Below are positions 24,708 to 38,399 of a stretch of 64,000 bases of DNA, one piece after another. How positions within the stretch are numbered: the first letter of the stretch is position 1; each line of letters starts with the position of its first letter. Source of the stretch: Octopus vulgaris (taxonomy: Eukaryota); assembly GCA_951406725.2 (NCBI GenBank), contig OX597817.1:112468001-112532000 (forward strand), given 5' to 3'. A program made the translations under genes and the position numbers. The notes beneath the pieces were generated by a model. That model was not told where the DNA came from. It worked only from the letters and a program-made list of their open reading frames with translations, and ran no database searches.

Positions 24708-24750
<43 letters not shown>

Positions 24751-24751
<1 letters not shown>

Positions 24752-25621
24752 TAGACTACCCATTTGGGTCACTGGGAAAGTCTATATTTCCCAGCAATGG
24801 AGTTCTGTCTGTTTTGTGGGTTTTTTAAAATCTTTTCCAGGTTATTTTACATGCTTTCAATGAATGTGGCATTGAAATCATACATAAATGGCTCCTTTCC
24901 CCCAAAAAGAAAGATTTAGCTGCTATTTCTTGCACGCACTGCTACCACATAACAGGTATTTAAGGTCCTTTATTGCAAATAGCTGTTACGTGGTAGCAGA
25001 GCATGTTAGAAATAGCAGCCAAATCATTGGAGGTGAGATATGTTGAGTGCACTAAAAAAAAAATCCTATGGAAAAAAATTATTTCACACCAAGGTAATGG
25101 CCTTTTACAAAATATTTACTGTATCTTTAAAGTCATTTTCACTTTAAAATATTTTTTAAATATGCCAAAAAAATTTTTGTAATGGTATTCACTTGAAAAT
25201 AATTTCTGTTTAAAGAAAGCTAAAATATAAATATTTACTATACAAACAACTTACATTTTTGGAATCACATTAACTTAAAAATATTGTGTTTGACAAAGGC
25301 AAAAATAGACACATTTACTGTAAAAAACAAATCATATTTTTTCATTGTCAAATCACTGTGACTAATCAAAAGACAAGAGTTTCTTCCCTTTCGGGATGAA
25401 GTTAAATTCGGAGAATTTTCTTATTATGCACCATTTTGGGTATTTATACCCTGAAAACCTGTAATATCTCTATGGCCACTTGTCTGATTTATGCGAAACT
25501 GGTTTTATTCTGTTCATATTTAAATTTCAGGGGAAACTTAATTCATAGTATTCTCACATTATGTGCCAATTTGGCTGGGTAACATTGCAAGCAAGCAAGC
25601 TGGTTTTTAATATATTATAGA
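24751..25621 (-). mobile_element. Non-autonomous Helitron-like element
   Basis: Minus strand begins TC (TCTATAATATATTAAAA), ends CTAG, has a subterminal hairpin (ACCCA-AA-TGGGT) and lies between A and T with no TSD. Confidence 0.55.
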
Positions 25622-27635
25622 TATATCCATATTAAATATGTTAACAAAATTTCCTCCTAATTCTCATGTTACATATTTTGTGTCATCATTATTTATTGAT
25701 TTAAAAGGATCTGCAGATTGGCAGAATTGTCTAGCAAGACTACAACATAGTGTTTTGTTACAACCCTTTCCATTCTGTAAAATTTTCCCAAAATCAATTT
25801 GCTTAGCATCCTTTGGAGTAGTTAAAGTAAACATGAAGTAATTATTGAGGTTGATATAATTGACTATGCCCTACTATACCTTACCTCGAATATTTTGTAA
25901 CCTTAGAAACAATTATTATTTAATGTCAACAAAGAGCATCATTATTAGCACTATTTACATCACCCAAACTTAGATCTTTGAATTTGTTTGTGCTATAATC
26001 CTGACAATACTCTCCAGGCTCTCTTTTAACTGCAAGTAGACATCAGAGAGTAAAAACGGAGTTCTATTTTAAAGGCATGATATGAAAAAACATTACAAGT
26101 GAGAGGTGTCAACCATTTTAACTAACATATTTTATATGAGCAAATGAGGGAACCTCTAGGTAGTCATTTACTAGAAATAACAGCCAAATTTTCCTTAAAT
26201 TATATCTTAGTGTTTTTAGAGAGAAAGAGTATTAAGAATGTGATTATAAATGCATTGTATCTATAAATAAGATAGGATAGTCATAGCTGAAATGTGTTTG
26301 ATGATAGATTTGATTGATCAAAGTGAGCTGGAGCTAAACAATGACTACCATCATATTTTATAATTTTGATTGAACATGTATAATCTTTATATATATTTCT
26401 GAGATGAAGAACTTTTCAGATTATGTATTATGTTCTAAGTTGATTTTACCTTACATAATTCTGAGATTGATAAAATAAGTACCATTCAAGTAATGGAATT
26501 GCTACAATCAACTTTTCCTTTCACCCAAATTTGAGGCTTTGTGCCTATGAAACAAATCAACATTAAGAAAAGTATCTATTATAAACTTTAATTCCAGTTA
26601 GAAAGACATCTATTTTCAGACGTAATATCCCCACTATTAATGGGTAAAATAGATGTCAATGTTATTGTTAATGATGTAGATAGCCCCATATTAGTACATA
26701 TTGAACAGATCTATAATCAAAGATCAGATGAAACCATCCCTTCTTTTTGAATGCCATTGACTATACTGTCTGATATATCTAGGCTTCTTCATTTAAGATA
26801 GTAGGATGTGAATTCGGATGCTAGTGATGTGAATTTGGTTGTTATTACTAGCAAATCAAATGACTGAACAGTGACACTATCAATGGCTCTTAGAAGCATA
26901 TATGTTATCCAATAGTATAGATTTATGAGAAAGTCAAAAATCTTATTGACCATGATGTATATAATGTATAGACTTTAGAAAATTTGAATGTTGAAGTAAC
27001 AAGTACAGTAGTTTATCACTGACTTACAAGATATAAAAATAAATCATTTACTTTATTAGATATTGTGAATATAAATCACCATTATACATATTGATTTCTT
27101 ACATTGGCACAATGCCACAAACATAAGAAAACAGTGTAGGTAGTCAAATCAACTGCCTAGTACTTGATAGTTTCCACTCTAGTGGGATGGAAGTCAAAGG
27201 GGATCTTATCAGGATTTGTAAAAGGATAAAACTAAATATCATCAAGAATTTGTCTGACATTTTCTCCACTTTAAAATCCTCAGTATGTATTAACTATTGA
27301 TTTCCTATTTGGGCAAATGACCAGTTGCTGAAAGTATAGAAGTGGGTGAAAATCAATTTAATATCACTATATTACTATTATATATTTTTTTCTGTCCTCT
27401 ATCCAAAGGCAACGGAAAACAGACTCAGCCCATCCTAGCAAGATTTGATCATAGGGAAACAAAACAAATGTTACACGCACTGAGGGAGCCTTCATATAGT
27501 CATTAGAAATAACAGCCAAATTTCCCTCAACTCCTAGAGATAGAGATGAACAGTTAGACAAAGGTATATAGGAAAGAACTACTACTTGAGTTAGTTGTTT
27601 TACACAAAGTATTTATATGAATTGAAAATTATTAC

Positions 27636-27743
27636 CATTGGTGGTTGGCATTGAGGATTCTTCTGGAGTTGCAGTTTCGAATTCCATTGGCTGAGCTAGA
27701 CAATTTTCACTTTCTGATGCACATTGACCACACACCCACTTTC
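27636..27743 (-). CDS. DPF-SAM protein exon (end of PHD2 + linker)
   Basis: ttgcag|GA AAG TGG...AAT G|gtaata; 108 nt, phase 1 to 1; GKWVCGQC. Confidence 0.93.
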
Positions 27744-28374
27744 CTGCAATAAAAAAAATCAACTTGGAGATTAATATAAAGAAGTTTCTGCCCTCTTTCA
27801 TGTAAACACTCTCTCCCTCCTTCTCTCTCTGACTGGGTAACCATGTACCTCCTCTACAGCAAGACAACTGCTTCTGTGTCACACTCTAACCATTCCTCAT
27901 CAGACACAAGATCACCTTCTCCAATGCCCCCTCCCCTCTCAAAGGTTCCTTGTCTTACAAAGATATTTGGTGACCCTGCCAGTGCAGGTGTCACTTAAAA
28001 AGCATGCAATCCACACTGTAAAGTGGTTGGCATTTGGAAGGGCACCCAGCTGTACAAACCATTGACCTGGCCTATGCTGGTGCCGCATAAAAAGCACTCA
28101 GCTCACTCTCTGGAGTGGTTGGTGTTAGAAAGGGTATCTAGCCATAAAAAACCATGCCAAAACAGACACAGAAATCTGGTGCAGTCTTCTGTCTGACCAG
28201 CTCCAGTCAAACCATGACAGTATGGAAGGAAGATGTTAAATGTTGATGCTGATGATGACGATGGAGTATAGCAAAACTGCTAAAACCTTAATTTGAGAAA
28301 AGTACTTTCCTTCACATTGAAGTGTTCTGAATGGTTCAGAGCATGTGCAGAAGAAAAGAGCAATAGTTATGTTC

Positions 28375-28417
<43 letters not shown>

Positions 28418-28419
28418 TA

Positions 28420-30380
28420 TATCATCATCATCATCGTTTAACGTCTGTTTTCCATGCTGGCATGGGTTGGACGGTTTGACTGAGGTCAGGAAAGCCAGGA
28501 GGCTGCACCAGGCACAGTCTGATCTGGCAATATTTCTACAGCTGGATGCCCTTCCTAATGCCAACTACTCCGAGAGTGTAGTGGGTGCTTTTTACGTGCC
28601 ACCAGCAATGGAGCTAGAGGGGGATCAGATAAGGGATCGGGGAACCCTGTCAAAGGCTTTCTCCGAGTCCACAAAAGCCAATATAGGGGCAGTTGCCATA
28701 CCAGGAATAAAGCATCAGTGGTGCTTCTACCTGGCACAAAATTGAACTGTATCTCATCTAAGCAGACTCTCTCCCTAATTAGTTGGGCTATGACCCTCTC
28801 TGTGACCTTCATCACCTGATCCAGCAGTTTGATACCCCTGTACTTATTTCTGTCTAAAGCATCACCGTTACCCTTGTAGCAGTTGATAATGGTGCTGCTA
28901 TGCCAGTCATTGGGTATGACTCCATCATGAACTATCTGGTTTACAATACGGGTGACTAGGCCTTAGCCCACACCACCAGATGTTTTAAGCATCTCAGCAG
29001 TGATTCCTGATGGGCTGGGGGCGTTTCCTGGCTTCATACCTTTAATTGCTTTATCTACCTGGGTGCTGTCTATTCGGATAGCTAGTCCCTCCACTGGGTC
29101 AACATTTGGCAGGCTCTCCTCCTCCCATTCATTCTCTACGTTCAGCAGTCTTTCATAATGGCTTCTCCAACCTCTTTCTTTTCTGAATCATTAAAACGAA
29201 GTGCACCATCATTCATGCGGACGCATTTCTCTCCTGTGACATTAAAGTTTTGTCTCACACAGTCTTGGATTCTGAAATACTTCAGTTCTTTGGTCCTCAC
29301 ATCACTGGACATTGGCAAAAATTCTTTTCTGCTTCTCCCTTGGCTATGTATACTTGTCACACAGCCTCCATTCTGGCTATCTCATATAGTTCCCTCCTAC
29401 TCCCACACTTCCTGGTTTTCCAGGCCTGTTTCTTTGCTCTAATGGCTTTGTCTACCATATTGTCCCATCACCACATTACTCAAGATCTGGAAGGGACTTT
29501 GCACCATCCGCAGACTTGGTCTGTGGCACTCACTAAGCTGTTCCATAGGAATTTCCAGCTACCCTCTATGTCTGAGCTCTGTAGCTTTTCCTCCCTCTCA
29601 TCAAATTTCTTTATGAGGATGTCCCTAAATCTCTGACAAGGTGAAGGGTTCTTTAGCTTCCAAATCCTTCTTTTCTGGATTGGTCTGCTTCTTGGCATCC
29701 TTCTGGTCTCAAGTCTAAAGTCACTAATGACTAGTCTATGCTGGGGGTACATTCTTCACCTGGGAGGGTCTTTGTATTTAAGAGCAACCTTGCGTCCTGC
29801 TGTCTGGCTTCCTGAAGTTAGTGTTGCAGATTAAAAGGCTACATGCATCACAAAACTCCAGTAGATTAGTTCCCTCTTCATTTCAGGAACCAATACCATG
29901 GCTCCCGTGTACACCAGTGAAGATACCAGACTTCTGTCCAACATGCCCATTAAAATCTCCAGCTGCAAAGATGAGGTCATTGCCATTTGTTTTTGTGGTA
30001 ACCTGCAGAAGGGTATCATAAAAATGGTCCTTCTGATCAATTTGTGGTCCTGCTTGTGGGGCTTAGGTGGAGATAATTGTTGCTATACTGTTTTGCAAGA
30101 CTAGCCTGAGCTTATGTACTCTATCGCATACCCTGACGACCTCTATGACCTTATCCACCCATTTTCTGCAAGAAGTATGCCTACCCCACCTAATCCATCC
30201 GTGTTACCTTGCCAGAAGATTTTATACCTATGTGCCCTTGCCTGAGAGGACCCTGGATGAAGCTCCCCTCCATCTTACCCCTTGTATGCAGCATTATTGA
30301 CACATCTCCTTTCAAGTATCTCTACAATCTCATGAGACCTACCTTTCAATGTGCCCATATCTACTGGAGTTACATCATGG
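28420..30380 (-). mobile_element. Decayed, internally deleted RTE-clade LINE (APE + part of RT + 3' end)
   Basis: GDFNGHVG-like and QHRLVISD endonuclease motifs; ERVIAQLIRERVCLDEIQFNFVPGRSTTDALF, then KAFDRVP, joined to the 3' end with a (GAT)n tail near 28422. Confidence 0.85.
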
Positions 30381-30717
30381 ATAGAATCTGATTATGTCTG
30401 AGTGGAGTGTTGTTTGGATGATGTGATCATATGATCAAATTTGTATGTATAAACATATAGAAGTACTTAAGAACATACATATGTTAATGTCTAAGCATGT
30501 GTTTGCACATTTACTTGCATGGACCAAGTTCTTAGCCCTTTGTTGGTCTCCTGTTACATATATTTTCTAAAGCTTTTGTTTTGTTTCAAAGTAACTATGA
30601 GGAATCAATCCTTTTACATTAGAAATTGTTCCATTATTCTAGGTTTCAAATCATGATCATATATTCTCATACTGCCTTCTATGTAAACCTTCAAACAAAA
30701 CAGATTATAATGCTTAC

Positions 30718-30799
30718 CTTTTGGTTTCTCATTCACACGTGGAAGATGGCATTTCATGTGATATCCTTTATCACAGGCATCGCAAAATAACATGCAGTC
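30718..30799 (-). CDS. DPF-SAM protein exon (PHD2 core); absent from the ORF track
   Basis: ttctag|GAC TGC...AAA G|gtaagc; 82 nt, phase 0 to 1; DCMLFCDACDKGYHMKCHLPRVNEKPK. Confidence 0.95.
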
Positions 30800-31424
30800 C
30801 TAGAAAACATACAATAAATCCATTATAGCTCTGATAGAGAATATTTACGACTGTTACTATCAAACATATAAATTCATTCGGTTGATTGTAGTTATTATAT
30901 AGATGGGTGTCAACTTGGGAAACTTAAGAGCTGTAAAGAAAAGCTAAATAGGTACAGGTGTGACTGTGCAGTAAGAAGTTTGCTTCCTAACCACATAGTT
31001 TTGGGATCAGTCTCACTGCATGATGCTTTAGGCAACTATAGCCTTGTGAGTGGATTTGGTAGATGAAAACTGAAAGAAGCCCATTATATATGTTTGCATG
31101 TGTGTGTGTACGTTACGTGTATGTGTGTTTGTGTGTGTGTACATATGTGTGCGAATGCATGCATGTTTGTGTCTCATTGTCTTAGTATCACGTGATAGTG
31201 GTAAAATGATTGTCACAGTCATACAAGAAATGTTTTTCATTTCCAATATTCTGCAAGAACATGTCTGGTCATGGGAAATATTATCTTGTTAGGAAACAGG
31301 TGAGAGTTGGCAACAAATAAGATGCCTGACCATAAAAACGATTTGCTTCCATAAACTTTTTTGACCCATGCAAGTATGGAAAAGTGGACGTTAAAATGAA
31401 GATAGTGATGACAGTCAAGTAGAT

Positions 31425-31905
31425 ATATTGTCGCAGATGGTCATGCTATGAAATCAAACCTTTATGCAGTGAGTATATGAGGCTTTGAAAGCCCACTACA
31501 TGGCATTGTTCAGTCAAAGATGTGCACTCCTATAGCATGACAATGTTCCAGCACACACTGTCAATGTGACCAAATGCAGACTTAAGGAACTTGAGGGCTG
31601 CAAATGCTGCCTCACCCTGGCTACAGGGTTTTGCACTGTCAGATTACCCCTTTTCTGAGCCATGGCTCACTTCCTGTACAGACAGAAATTCAACAATATG
31701 GATAAGATTGAAAATGGTTGCAGAGAAATTTTTGCTCCTAAACCAGCCAAATGGTATGGTATAAGCATGGACTTGAGCTTATGGTACAATGATGGCAACA
31801 GACAATAAAATATGATAGGATATATTTTTGATGAATAAATGCTTTTTGTATGTAATTTATTTGAACTATTAAAGTTTGAAATAGAAAAAATCTTTTGATT
31901 CAACA
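31425..31905 (+). mobile_element. Mariner transposase C-terminal relic
   Basis: HDNVPAHT...LPHPGY...SDY..F..MAHFL..QKFNN...EIFAPKP.KWY remnants, with stops and frameshifts. Confidence 0.7.
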
Positions 31906-33196
31906 TGAATTTCTGCAGTTTTCAACAACTAAATTTTACTGACAACTGTCTAGACATCACACAATAATTGTAAATGAGCATCATCCTCATCATACATGTC
32001 GTTTATTTCCAATCTGCCATGGAAAACATATCTTGTTTGGAAAACAAATGAGGGTTGATGACAGAAAGGGTATCCAGTCATAAAAATCTCTTGCTACAAA
32101 TTCTGTTAGACCCTAGCATGCATGGAAGAGTAGATGTCAAATGATGATGATGATATATATAATATTGTGAAAAAAAATAGAATCAACTAACAATGTATTA
32201 CACTAGGAAAATACAAGAGATCTTTCTTACAAAATATTAATGTTTCATAATTCATCTGTAATAGCATTACATCTAAAAACATTTGGAATGATTATTTAAC
32301 TCCAGATTTAGATTGATGTTAGATAATGTATTATTTTCTTCCATCCTTGTGGATTATCAGAGTGTATGGGTATGGTGATTATAAGAATAACAATGAACTC
32401 TGCCTCTCAAGAAGGTTAGCCATTTAGTATGAACTTATAAAGAGAAAGAAGCCATACAATTCCATTTCAAATATCTAAGGACAATTATTTTGGATTATTA
32501 GGAAATTTTTGAAATAAACACAAACATTATCTAAAATGCAAAAAATCACAACCAAATTCTTACTTCTAGCTCAACAAATGAAACCTCCAGCAACAACAGA
32601 AATCTAATTTTACAAAAATAAACACACATACTCATACATATATTTACTATTGTACATTGTGGTTTTGTGGTTAAGAAACTTGTTTCACAACCAAGTTCAG
32701 TCCCACTGTGTGGCATCTTGGGCAAGTATATTATACTATAGTCCTGGGTCAACTAAAGATCTGAAAGTGGATTTGCTGGACATGCATGCATGTGTATGTG
32801 TGTTTGATATCATGTGATGACCAAATTAGCATCACCATTATGCAAGCAACATTTGTTTCTAGCATTCCATGTCTGGCTGTGGGGAAACATTACCTTGTTT
32901 GAAAACAAGTGATTGACAACAGAAAAAGCATCTAGCTGTAGAAAAAATTTGCCTCAATCAATTCCATCTGATCCATGAAAAAGTGGATGTTAAATGATGA
33001 TGATGATGATGATGATGGGTAGCCATGTATTTCCTTTGTGGTAGCGCACCTGTTTCTGTCTTCATTCCTAATCTCTTTCTCTCTCCGGCTAAACTTGTAT
33101 TTCTTCTACAACAGGACACCTATTTTTGTCTCTCTATATCACTATAACTTTCCATCATCCAATACAAGATCACCTCCTTCAATGTTCTGTCTCCTA

Positions 33197-33600
33197 CTCT
33201 TTTTACTCTTTTACTTGTTTCAGTCATTTGACTGTGGCCATGCTGGAGCACCATCTTTAGTCGAGCAAATCGACCCCAAGACTTATTCTATGTAAGCCTA
33301 GTACTTATTCTATCGGTCTCTTTTGCCGAACTGCTAAGTTATGGGGACGTAAGCACACCAGCATTGGTTCTCAGGCAACGTTGGGAGATGAAACACAGAC
33401 ACACACACACACATATAAATACATATACATATATACAATGGGCTTCTTCTAGTTTCGGTCTACCAAATCCACTCACAAGGCTTTGGTCGGCCCAAAGCTA
33501 TAGTAGAAGACACTTGCTCAAGTTGCCATGCAGTGGGACTGAACCTGGAACCATGTGGCTGGTAAGCAAGCTACTTACCACACAGCCACTCCTGTGCCTA
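33197..33600 (-). mobile_element. SINE family B (tRNA-like head, internal microsatellite); copies near 22710-23012, 30955-31400(+), 32655-33015(+), 36290-36840, 47639-48024, 49704-50068
   Basis: Shared 'tcttttacttgtttcagtcatttgactg...ctaccaaatccactcacaaggc...gggactgaacc...ttaccacacagccact'. Confidence 0.85.
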
Positions 33601-36600
33601 TGAAGTTTTTTTTTTGTCTTGCAAGTACTTGGTGACCTTGTCAGAGCAGGTGCCACTTAAAAGTGCCCAGTCCACATTGTAAAGATGGTGATGATACTGT
33701 AGTTCTAGGCACATTCTAAAAAGATAGAATGGTCACAGTTCCAGTGACATTGGTCATAGATATGCTCCCTCAAGGTTAAACATCAACTAAAAGGCTTTAT
33801 ACATTCACACATCACTCATTTGTTCATTCATTCACTTCATATCACTTTTTTCAAGCTTGCATGGATTTGCATGGAAATTCAAGCTCCAGTGACTACTTTA
33901 TCATGGTTTTTATGGCTGGATGCCCTACCTAATGCCAACCACTTTACAGCATGCACTGGGGCTCTTTATATGCTACCAGCTCTAGTGAGATCACCATGCA
34001 GATTGCAAAATTACAAACCCCAAAAGTATGGGAGTTGACTTTATGATAGGAGGTGAGGGGTTGAATTATGAGTGAGGAGACAGGCCAGGTTCTTGTTGTA
34101 GAGAAGCTTCATCACTACTTCCATTTAGAAGAGAAGCTAATGTGTGTGTGTGTGTGTGTGTGTGTACTCAAGAAGACCCATCCTCCACCTGCTGAAGAGG
34201 ATTGGCCTGCATGAGCCTTGAGTCGGTGTCATGTAAAAAAACCCAGCGCCATGTAATAGGTAGCTGTCCTAGCACCATGTAAAAGTACCTGTGCTGGTGC
34301 CATGTAAAAAGCACCCAGCACACTCTGTAAAATGGTTGGCATTGGGGAGGGCATCAAATCATAGAAAACAAGCTAAATTAGACTGTAACCTTGTGCAACT
34401 CCCCTCCTTGCCAGTTCTGGTCAAACTGTCCAACCAATGCTAGCTTGGAAAATGGATGGTGATCATATATATATATTGGCATTTTGAAGGCTAAAACAAT
34501 GCCAAGTGCATTGTGACCAGCGATGTGTAGCAACATCTGATAGCCTGGTCGGTCACAGTGATCACGGTGATATATATATAACAAGTTTACAACAAAAGAA
34601 AATTTCTGGATTTTGATCATTTTATCAACATTTAAAGAGATAGTGAGAAAAAATAAAAAGAACCTCTGTCGGATTTCAACTCATAACGAGAATATCAAAT
34701 TTTGAATATTGTAAAGAGTTTGTTTAATTGATGGTCCTGTTGTTCACCACAAATCTAATCCAAATAAGAACATCAAGTGAAACTGCTGAAATGCAATTCT
34801 TTTCTTCTACAAAGAGAAAATAAGCTGTTTTTTCCCCTTTATTCTTTCATGATGGACAGCACTTTAATTCCCTACTAATATCACAATTACCTGCATCATC
34901 ACAAACACCACTATCATTATTACCATCCTCTTCACAACATCACCATAACCAAGAGCTAATTTCCCCACCATGGCCACCACCAAAATTAACACTATCACTT
35001 TTCTCACAGGACCAATCCTACAATAATCATGATAAACACCACTACCAATACTACCACCATTGACAATAACAACAACAATTATTCCAACACCATGAAAACA
35101 CTCCTGACTACCACCACCATCACCCTGTCAACACTGTTTGACCTGCTTAAAAGACAAAGAAAGGACACTTTGGATAAATTAGTCCTAGATATACAAAGAT
35201 ATGGATAGGCATGATTAGAATGCCTTTGATCATAGGTCTAGAAGATCAGAGTTGACCCTAGGCTAAACAGCAGCTTCAATAACAACAACACTACCATCAA
35301 CTTCACTATCACCACCATCATCACCACCACAATCATCACCTCTCCCACTCCCACCACAACAGGACAAAGTAAAATACGTATGATTAGGTAAAATGTGAAG
35401 TGGTGGGGGGGAATAAATCAATAACAGGTAACTAACAAAGACCTGCTGCTCCCTCTGCTACAGAAACCCTGTCCCTAAGCAATTTCTGATTCTGACTAAT
35501 AATGAATGACAAGTAATCAATGTTACTAATGCTTTTCAATAAAATGGTGACTTAAATGTTCCGTCATTTATTGTCACTTCCATAATATGTCTCTGTAAAA
35601 CATGAATTAATGTGTGCATGTGTGTAACTGGGTGTATATGCATGTGTATGTATAACTAACCAAATAGTGTGTGTTATACAAAATCAAATAGGAAAAGAAT
35701 ATACAACAAAGAACTGCTTTCATAGATATACATCAGTATATACATGCATACATACATACATACATACATACACATGTATGCACACTTGCACATATACACA
35801 AATACACATGCGTGGGTGAGTAAATGTAAATATATATGAATGCATGTATGTACATATGATGTGTGAATGCGTACTCAGACACATAGAAATAACCAGGTTT
35901 AGTTTGGAAGTGTGTCTCTGTACATGTGTTTTTATTGATGCTTCTTTGGTGAGCCATTGCGTATGTATTAACTGGTCATACAAATGCTTTGTTAGTCAGT
36001 AAAATTAATCACAATTCCTCTCTATCCTACACAATCAACCAGCAATGATACATTAGAATAAATCTAATTATGTCCTATCCTTACAGATTTTACTCATGAG
36101 AGAGAATTTTGTTTGAAGAGTGTACTACTTCAATTTTACCATGCTAGAGCCATTTAACTATTGAAAAGCTGTCTATACATTTATAAATATTCATTATATG
36201 GTATATTGTTTATAAAACCATTAACCACAGTTGATTGTCTTGTACACAAACCTTCAACTCTTCTATTTTAATTAGATTAATCATGTATCTCTTATTCTTT
36301 TATTTATTGAAGTCATTTGACTATGGTCATGCTGGCGCATTGTCTTTTAGTCAAAGAAATCAACCCTAGGACTTATTCTTTGTAAGCTTGGTTCTTATTC
36401 TATTGCTTTTTTTTTTACCAAACTGGTAAGTTACAGGGACATAAACACACCAACATCAATTGTCAAGAGATGACAGCAGGGACAAAACAGGTACACACAC
36501 TGCAAAGATAATCTGGAACTCTACTGAGGAGAGAAAACTCTGAATGACCCGTCCTTGTTTTCTTTGTATCGTCTATCTGGATGTTTTGTTGTCCCTTTTT

Positions 36601-36958
36601 GTATGAACTAACTGTCTGGATGTTTTACGTTCTCGTCCAATTTTGTATTTTATATAAATGTCTGTGTGTATACACACACAAGGGGTTTCTTTCTGTTTCC
36701 ATCTACCAAATCCACTTACAAGGCTTTGGTCAGTATGAGGCTACAGTAGAAGACACTTGCCCAAGGTGCCATGCAGTGGGACTGGAGCTGGAACCATGTG
36801 GTTGGGAAGCAAGCTCTTTACCACACAGCCATGCTTGCACCTTATATTAATTTAAAGCACATAAAATAAAGGTTAAAGTGAATCAGCAGGCACCCTAAAC
36901 AAGTTTGGGTTTAAAAGCTATAGTTCTGCCATTGTGGTTTACTTATATTATTCATTAA

Positions 36959-37179
36959 CCCTTTCGTTACTAACCCGGCTGAAACCGGCTCTGGCTCTGT
37001 AGTACAAATATCTTGTTTTCATACGTTTTGAATTAAAATCTTCCACCAAACTTAGTCACAGTTTATGTTCCAAACACTAGCTTAATGATAACTAAGTTAT
37101 TTCACTAAATTCTTTGTTATATTTAAAATTGATTGAAAGAAACACAGAGCATCTCAAAATAAATACAGTAACGAAAGGG
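36959..37179. mobile_element. Young piggyBac-like MITE, 221 bp
   Basis: Perfect 13-bp TIR CCCTTTCGTTACT / AGTAACGAAAGGG; TTAA on both sides. Confidence 0.92.
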
Positions 37180-38399
37180 TTAAAGAAGTTACAAATAATT
37201 AGGCAAAACACAAAACTTACAAAATTACAAGAGGTTGTTCTCATCAAAAATTTACCAACTTAAAAGGATATGAAAAAATTCTTTAAATACTGAGAAAGAA
37301 AATCAGGAATATTTTTAGTTACCAGTTATAAAATAAAAATCTAAAACACATCAAAGTTAAAACTAAAAGATTGAACACTTAAAGCAACTTAACAAATAGC
37401 TATTTTAGAAAAATGAAATAATCAGAAAACCAATCTTTTTCCAGATTTAAACATTGAATGTACAACTTAAGTGAATGTAAGGTGAAATATTATATTCAAT
37501 GAAATAAAAATTATCTTATAAAATGTGGAAAAGTTTATCCCAAAGGAAAATGCAAAACCATATTTACTAACATCTTATTTTTAGAAACAAAATTACTTTT
37601 ACCAGAACCCACTCATTAGAATCCCTTAACTCTTTAGCATTCAGATTACTTTGTCAAATGTAATGCTTATTTATTCACATTCTTTAAAGTTAGAACTGTG
37701 TTGTCTTGTAGCTTTAAGATTTCGAAGTTATGACTGTTTATTTGTAGAATGACATTGCAGGATATGTGTGAGAGGCTGAATCTGGGCAGTTTGAAGATAA
37801 AGCAGGTAGAATATTTGGGCCAGATATGGCCAGTTTAAATGCTAAAGGGTTAAATTTGATAATTTAATTTCAGAACAAAGAAAAAAATAGTTAAATTAAT
37901 ATCTGTGAAATTAGAAATTCAACATCATATTTCAATTCACATTAAACTGAAGCCAGTACATTTAAACCAACTCATATTTCCTGTATCATCGCTGGATGGA
38001 ATAAACCAGTTGGTAAGTTGCAATGTTGTATTTCTAGTCAACAACTGATGAAGTATACTATATATAGAATAATGCATATTAGTATAGGTTAGTATTAATT
38101 TTAACATGATGTCCCAGCATGGCCAACGCTATGTGGCTGAAACCAAAGTAGAAAAAGATTATCAAAGATTTCCATCTTATATTCATAGCCTTAAGTTCAT
38201 GTATAGCAATGTAGATGCTATAGGTTAGCTTAACCCATGTCAGGATACATGGTGATGTTTTGTTACTCAAAATACTATACATTTTAAAAAAATTATAACA
38301 ACTGAATATAAATGATGCATGCATATTAATAGAATTTCCTCTCAGATGATCCAATCCTAAAATGGAATTAAAATTGTTCCTATGAGAATAGACCAACAT

